A stretch of 64,000 bases of DNA from contig CM041465.1 in NCBI GenBank assembly GCA_023213395.1, positions 131,881,741-131,945,740 of the forward strand, written 5' to 3'. The notes under the pieces were generated by a model. It made no database searches. It was not told the origin of the DNA and saw only the letters and a list, made by a program, of their open reading frames with translations. This document shows, in pieces, positions 34,661 to 47,999 of the stretch; the stretch's first letter is position 1, and each line of letters starts with the position of its first letter. Source of the stretch: Cycas panzhihuaensis. Taxonomy: Eukaryota; Plantae; Cycadophyta. A program made the position numbers and the translations under genes.

Positions 34661-35011
34661 ACCATATTAATATGAGAGCAAAGGGAAAGAATGCCAAGAG
34701 ATGGAGGTGAATGGAATGGTGGGTAGAGATGGAGAGCACCAAATGAGAACTAAAAGGGGACCAAAGTAAACCTAATGGGATTATATTCATAAACATATCA
34801 ACATATCCTTACATAAGATAGGGGTGTTATATTTATAAGAGGATCACCCGATTATTATATTATTCTATCATTAACTTATCTAATCCTACATTTCTACTAT
34901 TATTAAATACTCTTACCTTATTCTCCTTAACCTTTAACCTTCTAACCTATTACATGTGCTATAGGTTTATTACATGCCCTCTCCCCTTAGATGCTTTACC
35001 CTGAAAGCATC

Positions 35012-35076
<65 letters not shown>

Positions 35077-38000
35077 ACTACCAGTCGCTACTAATATATC
35101 ATAGGTAGTGATTTGATCAGGGTGACGATGAGGGGATTCTATTATTGTAGATCTTATTCTTCAGAAAAAATACACAAGTCCATGTAGATAGTGATGTGGT
35201 CCAAAAAAAAGTGATTCTTTCATCTAACTATCAAAACCAAAGTAATATAGGTCCATAGTATAGTAATATGTGAATCCATAAAAATGAGAACCTAAATACT
35301 CCTACAACCTAAATGTTGATGGATCCAACTTGATGTTTACACCTTCAAGTAAAGAGATTTGAGCATGTTGATCTAAAAAAAAAATTACCTCATCTTCTTT
35401 TTTTTCCTCTTTTTCTTCTTCTTCTTATTTGGCCTCTCCTTCTAGAAGGTTGCTCTAATTAGGAATGAGTGCTTCAATATGTTGACAAAGTATAAAAATA
35501 AAGAGGTCCCAATTTGGCCTATAGGTATTTTGGCACCACTCTTATGCCCATAATTGAATGGGACTTTCTAATTATTGAATACCTAAATAAAGCTTGTGAT
35601 ATTTTGTTAAGTTGAGCTCTTTAAAGTATGTAAGCATGGATGCAAGCCAACTATAAAAAAATATAGAACCATCAAGACTAAAATGAAGTAGCTCAATCCT
35701 TGTTTTCCCACTTTTTTTGCCATTTGAGTGATCCTAGTCCTATAAAATTATTTCATCCTACAACATATTATCTTGGTCCTATATGTCTTCTTTTGTAGAA
35801 GCTTCATTAGCTAAGCAAGCTCATGTTTTCCTTTAAAGTTCCATCTTTAAGGATGCCCAATCTCGATCTAGGTGTGAGAGACACCATTCCCAAGATATTC
35901 AGTAAGGATTCCATTACATAAATACCATAGTAAATATGATCTTGATGTAGTTTTGCGTGAAGTAGTAAACTATAGAATAACCTTCAAAGAATTGTTCCAT
36001 AGTGGCACCGCAATCATAAAACTCAATGTGACCATTAATCCCAAAGTAAGCGAGGTGAAGGTCATCATTATAATTAAAAAAGAAGTGTTCATAGTTATAG
36101 TACCAATTAAGAAAACCCTTTTCTTCATAAGATGTAAGTAAATTCGTATAAGCCTTTGGGTCTATTTGTCCTCAAGAACAATGATAGGTAAGCCAAAGTC
36201 TAAACAACCAAAATAAAAAAGATTTACATTCTAAAATGTCATATAATCATAAGGCTTAACTTTAAATATTAATATTTACCATAGGGAAAATCCAAAATAT
36301 ACCACCTGATAGTTCAAATTGAAGCCCTCAAAGTAAGGAATGTAATGGATCTGACAAAATTGAACTTTGAGTTTGTATAAAGAAGCTATGGTTAAAACTA
36401 TGCAACTAGATATAAATTTTTTGACAAACCTCCTTTTAATTGTCATTAAGCCCCCTTCCAAAAAGAATTAGGTCATATTCTTTATGACCATGTGACCATC
36501 AATGAGTTTACTAATAACTTAATAGATTCCAAATACCATTTTATCTTCATATAATGTCATCAACATTATAAACATAAATAATACCTAAATATGATTTCAT
36601 CATTTGGAAGCATTTAGGGTTTGTTGTGATGTTTTCAACACTCTTTCTTCTCCAGTGTGGTGTAATGTAGCACCACAAACATGTGACACTTCTCTTCATG
36701 TAGTAAGTATTCAATGAAGATGACGAACGAGCTAAAGGTAGTGATTGAGATACAAGGCATCCACAAATATAAATGCAACTTCAAGTGAGTCAAATCAAAT
36801 AGAATATAGGTCACTACATAGTTGAGGATGCATCCTTCTTTGGAAATGAGAATGTCATCGTAAATATGATAAGAGACAATAGTCCCTTCCTCACATGAAA
36901 ACATCAATAGATCTTTAAAACCTTGACAACATGGTGAACAACCCCAATGCAAGTGTATTTACTTCTAATTACATGTACCATGTAGGGAATGCATAGTCGT
37001 ACTAAAGATGTCACAATTACAAATGCCAAAGGGTATGCACATAGTAAGTAACACCATTGTAGAATAGACACTTATTAACTAACACACTAAATATAGATGT
37101 AAATAATAAGAGAACAGGTTGTATTTTATTATAACGCCTTTAGTAAACCCTGTATGTCTACCTAATAGGAGATCAGACATTATTGGAATATGATTTACCT
37201 CACGTTCATAATTTGTTAGACCATAAGGATGCTCATCCAAAAGTTATACTTACCATTAAAGAGGTATAATTATAAGCTTATAATATAGTAATCCTACTAA
37301 GAAAATTTATTGGGAACTCCACACTAGATCCTCATAAAGCAGGTCAAGCAAGATAAATGTACGAAGATGGCAGTGGGGAAGGCACAATAATAAATCTTCT
37401 TAGTGATGTGTTTTGATATAATTAAGCCTAACTAGTCAATATGCAGGTCATAAATATGATATAGATATTACTCCTACCTAATACAGGATAGATCCACAAA
37501 GATTAGAGATAGTAATGGCATAAAATAGTGATGAAATGACTCATGACTAAAGTGAGATGATCGTAACTTTAAGTAGGGTCTTCCCATAAGTATCCAATGA
37601 TTAATTGATTGATGGGTAAAGGAGCCACTTATTTCCACCAAATTACTATTAAAATACCCTTCTCAACTTACCACAAACTTCACCTTAGGTCTATAACCTG
37701 CACATTATAGATTTATACTAGTGATGAGCTCCTAAGTTAGGTCGATAGCTATTGATGCTAAGATTGTGGGTTACCTTATAAATCTTTGTTTTGGGTCATC
37801 AATGACATGAAACCTTCTATGAGCAATATGACAAATTGTAGCTAAATTATCACTCCTATAATAAGACTATCTTCAAGACCTACAATAAACAAAGAGGAAG
37901 GAAAATTTTCCCTTGCCCTAGCTCTAGTACCACTTGTTACAAGTCAACCCCTATAAGCATAACAATATGAAAGTAAAGGGAAAGAATACTAAGAGATAGA

Positions 38001-38269
38001 GGTGAATGGAGTGGCAGGTGGAGATGGAGAGCACCAAATGAGAACCAAAAGGGGACCGATGTGAACCTAATAACATTATACTCATAAACATATCAACATA
38101 TCCTTATATGAGATAGAGGTGTCATATTTATAAGAGGATCATCCCATTATTATATTATTCTACCATTCAGCTACCCAATCCCACATTCTTACTATTATTA
38201 AATATTCCTACATTATCCTCCTCAACCCTTAACCTTCTAACCTATTACATGTGGTATAGGTTCATTACA
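34661..38269 (-). mobile_element. Small, highly decayed gypsy-like LTR element nested in the Tat RT
   Basis: LTRs 37935-38269 and ~34669-34974 (outer end clipped). PBS-like GCTCTAGTACCA at 37921-37932. PPT (CCCTCTCCCC on +) ~34977-34986. Faint RT and INT remnants at 35900-36950. Confidence 0.85.
35015..35072. repeat. (AT)n microsatellite
   Basis: Directly visible, about 30 bp inside the PPT of the nested element. Confidence 0.98.
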
Positions 38270-39044
38270 TTCTAATCATCTCTAAGATATAAGATTGATA
38301 TTTAAGAGATGTATCAAATATCTCATCCATTTGAATCTTATAAAGTGTGTTTTTGGTGCCATTGTTGGTAAGCTACTTGGCTCTCTTATTACTATCCATA
38401 GGACTAACATCGATTTTAATAAAGTTAAATTATTCTTGGACATACCCTCTCCCACTATGGTTACTTAAATAAAGTCTTTTCTTGGAAAATTAGTTATTAA
38501 TGGTAATTCATAGCTAACTATGCTACTAACTCAACCTCTTAATTGACCATGTCATAAAAATATTCCATTCATTTAGTACTTTATTTATTAAGAGGACTTT
38601 AGTATTCTCAAAGAAGTATTAGTTCAAGCTCACATCCTATCACCTCTTGACTTCTGAAAGGATATCATCCTTTATATTACTTCTTCTAACCTATAAGTAT
38701 TTGTTGTTTTAATATAGGTTAATAAGTCTAGTAAGGAATGCACTATATATTATATAAGCAAAACTCTTTTTTGATGTTAAGTTAACATATCCTAAAATTA
38801 AACATCAATGTCTATCCATTACTTATACTATCAAAAAATTATAATATTTTTTATTATTTACCTACACTAAGGCAATGGTAAACTCTAATCCTTAAAATAT
38901 TTACTTGTTAAACCATATCTCTCTAGTCATGTTAGAAGATGGGTCATGCTTCTCTAGGAATTTGACCTCAAGATTTGCCTAACTAATGCGAAAAATGAAA
39001 TGGTTATAATCAAGCACATAAGAAATACATCTATACCTAAAAAG

Positions 39045-42000
39045 TGAAAAAATATTCTATAGAATGAAGAAAGTTTGTATTAATTATGTGAGAGAAGATA
39101 CCTTGTTTTGTAATTGCTTGCTATATGTAAGCCATTTATTTGCCACTTGTCACTATTACAAAGAAGAGTGAATGACACATAACCCTCATTAACCTCTTAT
39201 ATAATATCCTAGATAAAACATTATCTTTAACACCCTCTCTTAATGTTTTATTTATCTTAAGCCAAGCCTATTTCTAAAGAATTAAAACTTGTCCTTGTTG
39301 AGAGGTTTAGTCAGAATATCAACAACTTATTCATATGTTATATAATACGTCAAATCTATATCCTTATTCTGCACTTATTCTTGAATGAAGTGATGGTATA
39401 CTTTAATATGTTTGGTTTAAGCATGGAAAATTAGATTCTTGGTCATTTTTATTATGCTTTGGTTGTTACAAATAGTGTTATTGGTTCATTTTGTTATTAA
39501 TTTAGATTTGTTCATAACTATCTTAGCTAAGTTACTTTGCAGGATACACTAACTACTGATTTGTATTCTACTTCTGTAGATGAAAAGACAATAGTTGGTT
39601 GTTATTTGTTACTCCAAGACATGGTTGTTGATTTAAGAAGGAAGTAATATCCACTTGTTGATCTTCTTTTTTTTTTAATCTCCTACCTAGTCAAAGTCAC
39701 TATATCCAACTAATTTTCCTAATTTATTTCTTATATATGTAAGTTTTTAATTTGAAGTCCTTTTTAGATATCTGAGTATCCTCTTTGTTATTCTCCAATG
39801 TACTAGTTTTAGATCCTGCATGTATTTGGAGATTACTCAAATACAGTATGAAATGTTAGGTTTAGATATAGCAAGATAGATCAGGCTTCCAACTAGTTGC
39901 CTATACAGAGTTGCATCAACTAAAGTTTCTTTTGTGGATGAAGTCAAATCATAACTTGTTTCTATTGGAGTTGCATAATTATTATAATCCTCCATTTTAA
40001 ATTTTTTTAATATATCGTTGGTATATTTGTTTTATAATAGGTCATTGAAACCTCCTTATTAACTTTTATACCCAAGTAATAATTTAAAATTCCCAAGTCA
40101 ATCATTTTAAAATATTTTTCTAATTCAACCTTTATGGTTGTGATAGATCTATATATGTAACAATTATTGTAATCAACCCTTATTTTTTCTTCACATATAA
40201 GCTAAGGTTTGATTCACATCTTTGGAAACTATTTTGAATGAGGTGCTTGTCCAACTTGGCATACCATGCCCTTAGAGCTTCTTTTAGCTTGTATAGGGTC
40301 TTTTTTAGCGTACATATAAGATGTTCTTATCCATCTTAAATATATCTTTTTAGTTGCTTCATGTACACCTCTTCTTCAAGATCTTTGTTTAGGAAGGCAC
40401 TGTTTACATCCAACTTATAGACTTTCTAATTCTGTCATGCAATTAAGGCAACTGCCATCCTCATAGTATTTAGCTTTGCTACTAGAGAGAAGGTTTTGTC
40501 ATAGTTTATCCTAGCAATCTGAGTATAGCCCTTGGCTAATAATCTAGCCTTGTATTTCTCTATCATACTATTAGAACTCTCTTTTATTTTATATACCCAT
40601 TTATAATTGATAATTACTTTGCCTATAGGTGGTTCAACTAGTTCTTAAATCTTTTTTTTGGAGATGGATTCCATTTCTATATCCATTGTAACTTTCCACT
40701 TAGCATACTAGCTTGCTTCTTCATATGAAAGAGGTTCAACTAAATATAATAGAGCTTGATATTTTTAGGACCTTGTCCTATGATCCAATATGTCACCTTT
40801 AGCTTCTTTAACTATTTTGACATACCATTTGGGTATCTTTTTGGAGGATGTCCTACTCTCCTCATCTTCTTCAAGGCTTCTTTCTCTAGGAAAAGAGGGA
40901 GCTATTTCTCATTGTTCCTCTTCTTCTATTTCTATATATTTAGATATAATTCTAGATTCAAGTGGAGGAATTTTTGTGGAAGACTCTCTTGTAGGTATTT
41001 TAATTTTCTAATATATTATTGGGCTTGTAACAATATCTTTCTCATTAAAAATAACATATCTGCTTATATAGACTTTGTTTATCTTTGGATCTATGCATCT
41101 GTAAGCTTTTGAATCTTTATTGTAGCCTATCATTATGTACTCTATACTCTTACAACCAAGTTTTGATCTCTTCTTATCAGGAATATGAACACAAGCTGAA
41201 TAACCAAAGATCTTTAAATTACTTACATCAGGTTTTTATCTTTTCCGTGCCTCTTTTAAAGTTACTTTATTTAAGGTTTGAGTTGGGATTCAATTTATTA
41301 GATAAATAGTTGTGTTTATAACTTTTTCCTAATAAGTTTTTTAAGTTTGTCTATCTTGGGTCATACTTTGATCCATTTCCATAATAATTATGTTTATCTG
41401 CTTAGCCACACCATTAGATTGAGGTGTATAAAGAGTTGTGATTTTTTGACATATTCTATGAGTTCTATAGAAGGTCTAAAATTCCTTTTAAGTATATTCA
41501 TCTCCTCCATCGAACTTAGTACATTTTACTTTGTTTCTACATTCTACTTTAACTTCAACCATGAATTCTTTAAATTTATCAAAGGTTTTAGATTTACTAT
41601 AAAGAAAGTAAATCCAGACTTTCCTAGAAAAAACGTCAATAAATGGAAGAAAATACCTGGCCTTATTGATTGACCTTAGAGTAATAGGTCTAGAGAGATC
41701 AAAATGCACTAAGTTTAGTTTGCTCTACATATGTTATTCACTTCTTTGAAAAGCAAAACAATGTTGTTTACTAAGTAAATAACCTTTATAAACAAATGAA
41801 TGAAATGTCATGTTTGGAATTCCATTAACCATATTTGAGTTTTCTAACAATTATAGTCTATTAAAGAAGATTTGCTTATACTTCAAATACTAAAGTTTAT
41901 TATTATCAATGTTTGTAGTAGTAAAAGTATTTACATCATTTTTTCTAATGATAGGATTAGAGAGCAATTTATAAAGATCATTGCTTTATATACCCTTAAC

Positions 42001-43992
42001 AATTACAACTCTTCCTTTTTTCATATCTAAAATATAATAGAACCCATTCTCATCGAAAACAGTCCTCAACTTTTCTTCCTAAGTTAAGAGATAGAGGGAA
42101 GTTTTTTCTTCAATCCTAGAACAAAGAGAATATTATCAATTTTTTGTACTTTTTCTTTTATCTCAATTGTTATCATTCAAATCCCTTAAATATTGAGAGG
42201 ATATTTATTTCTAAAACTCTACTAATTTATTGAGAGAGTAGGGCTTCAAAGATTCAAACCATTCTCTATGACCTATTATATAGTTGGATGCACCTGAGTT
42301 GATGTACCAAACATCTTTGTCTTTGAGACTGGTAATAAACACGATTATTAATACAGTTTCTTCTTCTTCTTCTTCTTCTTCTCCTTCGAAGTTGTTATGT
42401 TCTTTACTATAGTTTTTGGTAGGTCTTTTCCCTCTTTAAATATTAGCTCTTCTCTAAGAGCACTAATAAGGAAAGTAGAATGCGTGCCCATAATGATAAC
42501 AAGCATTGAATGCTTTATAGTTGTTGGAGAAGTGTATAAGTTTTTTGTAGTTGAAGCAAACTCTAGCATCTCTTGGTGGAATTGATTGTCCTCTACCTCT
42601 ATTTTCTTGCCATCTACCTCTAGATTGACTTTTGATATTGAGAGTCCTCCCTCGACCTCTTAAGGATGATTTCCCTCATCCTCTAGAATTGGAGTTGAGT
42701 TTGGATAAGAAAGCTTCTTTAATCTATGTCTCCTCTTTATATCTATTATTTCTTGCCTAAGGAGAAGTTTGGTTAATATTTTAAGACACATAATTGTACT
42801 CTAATCATTATTGGTTATAGATTTTATCATATTATCAAAGGATTTTAGTAGTTATTTACAATAATTAAATAATTCCTTATTGAAGTCACTTTATTGAAGT
42901 CCCTTGCTTGATTTCTCTAGCTATAAAAATTAGTAAATACTTTTCAAATATCTTCATAGGAGTTCAATCTTTTAATATATATTAAAAGAAAATCTGAGAT
43001 TAATAATTTCAAAATTATTACCCATGAACTATTTCTCCCATCCTAGTTGGGTTGATCATGAGTATTGGTTGACCTTTTTTCTATTCTTGTGGCTATGTTC
43101 CTGGTATTTTTGGCTCTCAGTAGAGGTTTAACCTTAATTATTTATACAAAATAATTTGTTCCAATCAATTTATCTTGGCCATTCAAAGCAATAATGGAGG
43201 AAGCCATTTTAAAAATTAAACAGAAATATCAAACTACTTTTCTAGGTTGTTGACTAGTTAGTCATACAACTATATGGAATTTTGTACATCGGTATAGTTG
43301 TACAGATGAAGACAAATAGGGGAACAAAAGAAAGCTCTCAATCTAAGGATTTTAAATATGTAAATATTCTACAAGATTTGATTTATATTTCTTAAAAAAT
43401 AGCCCAAAACAAAAATCGTGTGGCAAGGGTTTTAGAGAGAAATTTGCTAAAAAATCTTTTAAAATCCAATGAAAATCTTCAAGAGTGGATTCAAACTAAT
43501 TTATAAGATTAAGGGAAGATTTATGGATAGATCTTACATAGATTTAATGTGTCTTCTGAGAGAAATCTACAATAAATGCTCCAAGCTCATATATTTCTAA
43601 AATTTGGCCAAAACCCCTTCAAAACTATAAAATTTCTAATCAATCCTTTGGAGAGAAGTAATGTACTAACCAAGGTGCACTTGTTGGTAATTTTTTAGTG
43701 AGATCCAAGCACTTTTAAAATTTAATATTCATACAATTCCATATAGGTCCATATGTCATCCATACATAACAATCTGTACATAGTTACCTTTGTTTATCTT
43801 TAATCATCTTTTTTGAGACAAAAAGCTTCTTCGTCCATATTTATAAACTCCTTTGAGAACTTAACTAGACACAAAATATCAGATTATTTCTAACTTCAAA
43901 AACCCCATTCAAACTACCTGCTAATACCATAAAAGAAATCTTATATAGAATGAAGAAAGTATGTATTAATTATGTGAGAGAAGATCTCTCTC

Positions 43993-44073
<81 letters not shown>

Positions 44074-44252
44074 CTGTGTGTGTGTCTATGTGTATGTGTG
44101 TATGTATGTGTGTGTATATCAAATGTTTTGTAACTGCTTACTATGTGTAAGCCATTTATCTACCACTTATCATTATTACAAAGAAGAGGGAATGACACAT
44201 AAACCTCATTAACCTCTAATATAATATCCTAGATAAAACATTATCTTCAACA
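39045..44252 (-). mobile_element. Ty1/copia LTR retrotransposon, full-length, decayed, with TSD
   Basis: TSD AAAAG at 39040-39044 and 44253-44257. LTRs 39045-39232 and 43930-44252. PBS-like ~43920-43929, PPT 39233-39241. PR 'WYINSGAS', INT 'HFDLSRP...YFLPFIDVFSRKVWIYFL', RT 'KYKARLLAKGYTQ', RH 'DILTKPL'. Confidence 0.95.
43985..44120. repeat. (CT)(TA)(TG)n compound microsatellite inside the copia 5' LTR
   Basis: Present in LTR 43930-44252 and absent at the aligned position (~39110) of the partner LTR. Confidence 0.95.
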
Positions 44253-46249
44253 AAAAGGAGGTTATCCAAACCTTTGATAATTCCTTTCTAGATAAATATA
44301 TATTATTCCTTAATACTGACTCAAAATGATAAGGTGATACTATCACATACCTCCAAAAATAAATGTATAATCCTAAGTTAAATTGAGAGGAAATATGTTT
44401 TATATGTCTCCTTATTTCTCAATATATAATTTTAGGTAATGAGTTATATTATAATACTCACAACCCAATCCTTCTCTGATGAATTTTTCAAAATAAGTCT
44501 TAATGCATACTAGTCCATTGCCATGCAAAGATCTATGGTGGTCACTTTTTTGAATGGTTGATATCAAAAAATATAATGAATGCTAGTTATTATTGGTTGA
44601 TGATATTCATAGATGTACATTCATTTACTCGTCATTATCATTATTGCCACTTATTTAGCAATCAAATATTAAAGCCACCTTTATAGTTATATCTTATTTT
44701 CCCTTATACACCATTCTTAAAATAGGGTTTAGATTTCATTAGTACTTTAAACCCCCATCTTTGAATGGCGATAAATTTATCATTATAACAATAGATAATT
44801 TTGCTAAATGAGCAGAAACTATACCTATTACTAAAGATAATAAATATACTACTATACTATTCCTTTCAACCAAATCATTTGTCAATTTAAAATACCAAAT
44901 GCTTTTGTATATGATCATGGATCACACTTTATTAATGATGTCATTCAGGAAATATATCAAAAACTTGGCACTAAGCATACCAAAATTTCCCCATATTATG
45001 CTAAATCTAATAGATAAGTAAAAGTATTCAATAAAACCCTTATTAGAATCCTTCAAAAATTTGTGAATATATTTAAAAGTGATTGATACATTTAGATCTA
45101 TCTTGCATTATGGGCTCATCAAACCAAGATGAAAATTATAATAAGAAACTCACCGTTACACTTAGTCTATGGTATTGAAGTCATATTTCCCATTGAAATT
45201 AAAATCCCATCATTACACATTTCTATGCATAATAAGCTCTTAGATTCCCAAGCCTTGGAATCTTACTTATTTGATGTCAAATAACTTAATGAGCACAAGT
45301 TGTTATCACATCAGAATCTTGAAACAAAATAAAAACACATAAAGGCATTTTATGATATGTCAATCCAACTATATGTATTTCAAGTTGGTGAGAAGGTTTT
45401 GAGGTTTATTTATATTATGGAGCAAGTTAGGGCAAGCCAAGCTCTATGTGGGTTGGTCCTTTCCTTATTACTTCCATCCTTTAAATTGATTATATTGTTT
45501 GACCACTTTTATAAGTGATGAACTAATCAACCCTATAAATACCTCTTATTTAAAAGCCTATTATTATTCACTCTAAAATGCATCATATATATTGTATATA
45601 TATCCTCTTTTAGTTTTTACTTTATAGTAACTATCTTTTCACCTATTAGATATATATACTATCATCAATTATTAATTTATATTTACAAACTATAGGCATG
45701 GTTTTATCTCAAGTTATATTCCCTTCTATTTTCAAAAAACTATAAAAAATATATAACTTACAACCACCTTGAGAAGTTATTTATTTCCTTGGTTCTCTTT
45801 TTACTCTTATATGCTTAGAGGACACCCATTTTTTATGGATTTTACCATTACCCTTCTAATAAATTAGTGTTACCTTAGGTATCATTGATCTTACTCTATA
45901 TTATTTAGTTGTAAATGGGTATTTTGGATCCCACCCTTAAGGCACACACGTTGCCTTTGTAGCTTTGTCAAATCTTCATTAGTTTCATGGGGTTATAACC
46001 TAAAGGAGCATTTGCATTCCTTATATACCACCTCTCAAGCTTTTTAAATCTTCCTTAATCCACTAAATATTTCACCTCTTACAAAGATTTATTTTTCCCT
46101 ATTATGCAAAAGACCTTATCTTCACCACATTCATATTCTCTTTTATGAAGTAATCCTCTTATACTAATCATGTTTGCCTACTTAAAGCCTTGTCTTGTTC
46201 ATTTTTAATAAGAAGTTTTCAAACCATTGGGTTAATTGTCTAACCTTGG

Positions 46250-46575
46250 TTAATTTATATTAACAATGCATCGCATAAAAATCTAGGTCTATTTGCAACT
46301 ACCTAAATTATCTAATATTCTAATAGAGATCTTTGTGAATCTACTAGAATATACCTCAATCACATTACTAATAACTTGGTTGAGTTTAAAGCTGCCATTA
46401 CTTGCATTGAATCTTCCAATTATTAATTAGTCAAGTTATTAGTAGTCATGCTTCGTATAACTCTAGTTTATGTTATATTCACTATCTAACTCAAGTTTTT
46501 TGCACTTTTGCTATCATGCATATCCTATGCTTACAGAATGCTAAATTAGATTACTTGTTAAATACAATTATTAAT
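46250..46575 (+). pseudogene. Additional archaeal-type RNase H (aRH) domain downstream of integrase
   Basis: 'IYINNASHKNLG...YLNHITNNLVEFKAAI', then after a frameshift 'QLLISQV...HILCLQNAKLDYLLN'. Reverting G>A/C>T changes gives the aRH consensus DGAS.GNPG / TNN.AE / SQL...QV / HIPR.QN..AD.LAN. Confidence 0.8.
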
Positions 46576-47999
46576 GCTTACTAATAAACCTTACCCTAAT
46601 AAGTTAGTGTAAATAAAAATTTATATGATTTCTATTTCTTTTATTTGCTTATTTACCCTTTGGATGCTAAGTGATACTACCGCCATACGAATATAGTCAT
46701 AGAATTCTTTCCTTTCTGTTTAGCTTAACAAGTTATGAGTCAAAGAATTTCTATGACTTAGAGCTAACTTTTTCAATTATGAATCACACCTTATTCATGA
46801 AGAGTGGTCAACCACCTTCATCGATAACTCATTATTATTTGTGGCTTCTAAATTGTTACTTAAATACTAGTTGTAGATATAGGTTTATTTAGTTTTACCT
46901 TCTTTTAGTTCTTGACATAATTATTTAGTATTATGGGTCTATGAGTTCTATGAGATAAGCCTGATAGTGGTCATATTAATCACTCTTATATGGGGTTTCA
47001 TTCATTTGGATGGGGAGAGATATTAGCACCTGTTATCTATCTTATAAGTGAGTTGTGAGGATACAAGTTAAAATTTTCATCTACTAAAGATTATTAGGCA
47101 TTAGAACTTCTTGATCGAAAAAATTAGATTCACTTCTTATTGACCTAATGGTTATAGGTCTCCCTATTTGTTTTATTTGGGCTTAACATGTTTAAACTGC
47201 ATCCATTTTATTTTTTTCTTAAGTTAAATGTTTTGTACCTAAACGCTTAGCCACCATAGTTTTATTTTGTATTGAGTCAATCTATATTAAGTCTTTTTGT
47301 CTCTGAGTAGGGTTGCTACAAAACCTACATCCTTCCAATGCCTAAACTCCCTTCCTTACATTCTATACAGCTCACCATCATGGATTTTAATGGGAATATT
47401 ATACCATTTGCCCAAGAGGGGCTTATTTTACTTGTCCTATATATAGATCACATTCTCTCTTCTTATTTCTAAGATAGTCACCTAGGATTGTAATATTTAT
47501 AATATATATGTATTATCCTAATCCTACCCTAAAAGATCCTCTAGAAAAAAAGAAAGAAATATTGGGTTATGTATAAATCTAGGTATAATTATAGTACTTG
47601 TGTGGTAGTGATTATTTAATAATTTAAGTTAGCCACTTTTACAAAACTTTCTTAGGATTGTTGTCAACTCTTGTATTCTCTTCTACCCAAATTTTCATAT
47701 ACTTTCTTGGGTCAAATATTTGATTTAATTTAATTGCATTAAAATTTTATTTTAAGTCAATTGAGTCAATATGAAAAAAATAAGGGTTTATAGCTAACTC
47801 TCTTTGCTAACCATATCTCTAGATTAGATCAAGTTACATAACTCATGATTAAAATTATTAAGTTACCATTAACATAACCTTGAGAGACTCTTATTACCTA
47901 CTTAGTTATTTAGTCAACATCACTCTAATTTTAGGTTGGGGATTGCTTACATCTATATTAAGGTAGACTTTATTTCTAACTCATCCCTTAAGAGTTTCT

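Larger units (their letters stand above)
33062..47422 (+). mobile_element. Decayed non-chromovirus Ty3/gypsy (Tat lineage, TatII-like order PR-RT-RH-INT-aRH), interrupted twice
   Basis: PR 'ALINNGSSLNV' (33170); RT 'EVFTWSYNDILGMD', 'YPGWVSNVV', 'AYVDY' (34020-34595), resuming at 38270 with 'LNLIKCVFG'; RH to ~39044; INT from 44258 ('YGGHF', 'YYW', 'GLDFI', 'WVGPF') to ~45565; extra RNase H at 46250; PPT-like AAGAGGGGC at 47414. Confidence 0.82.
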
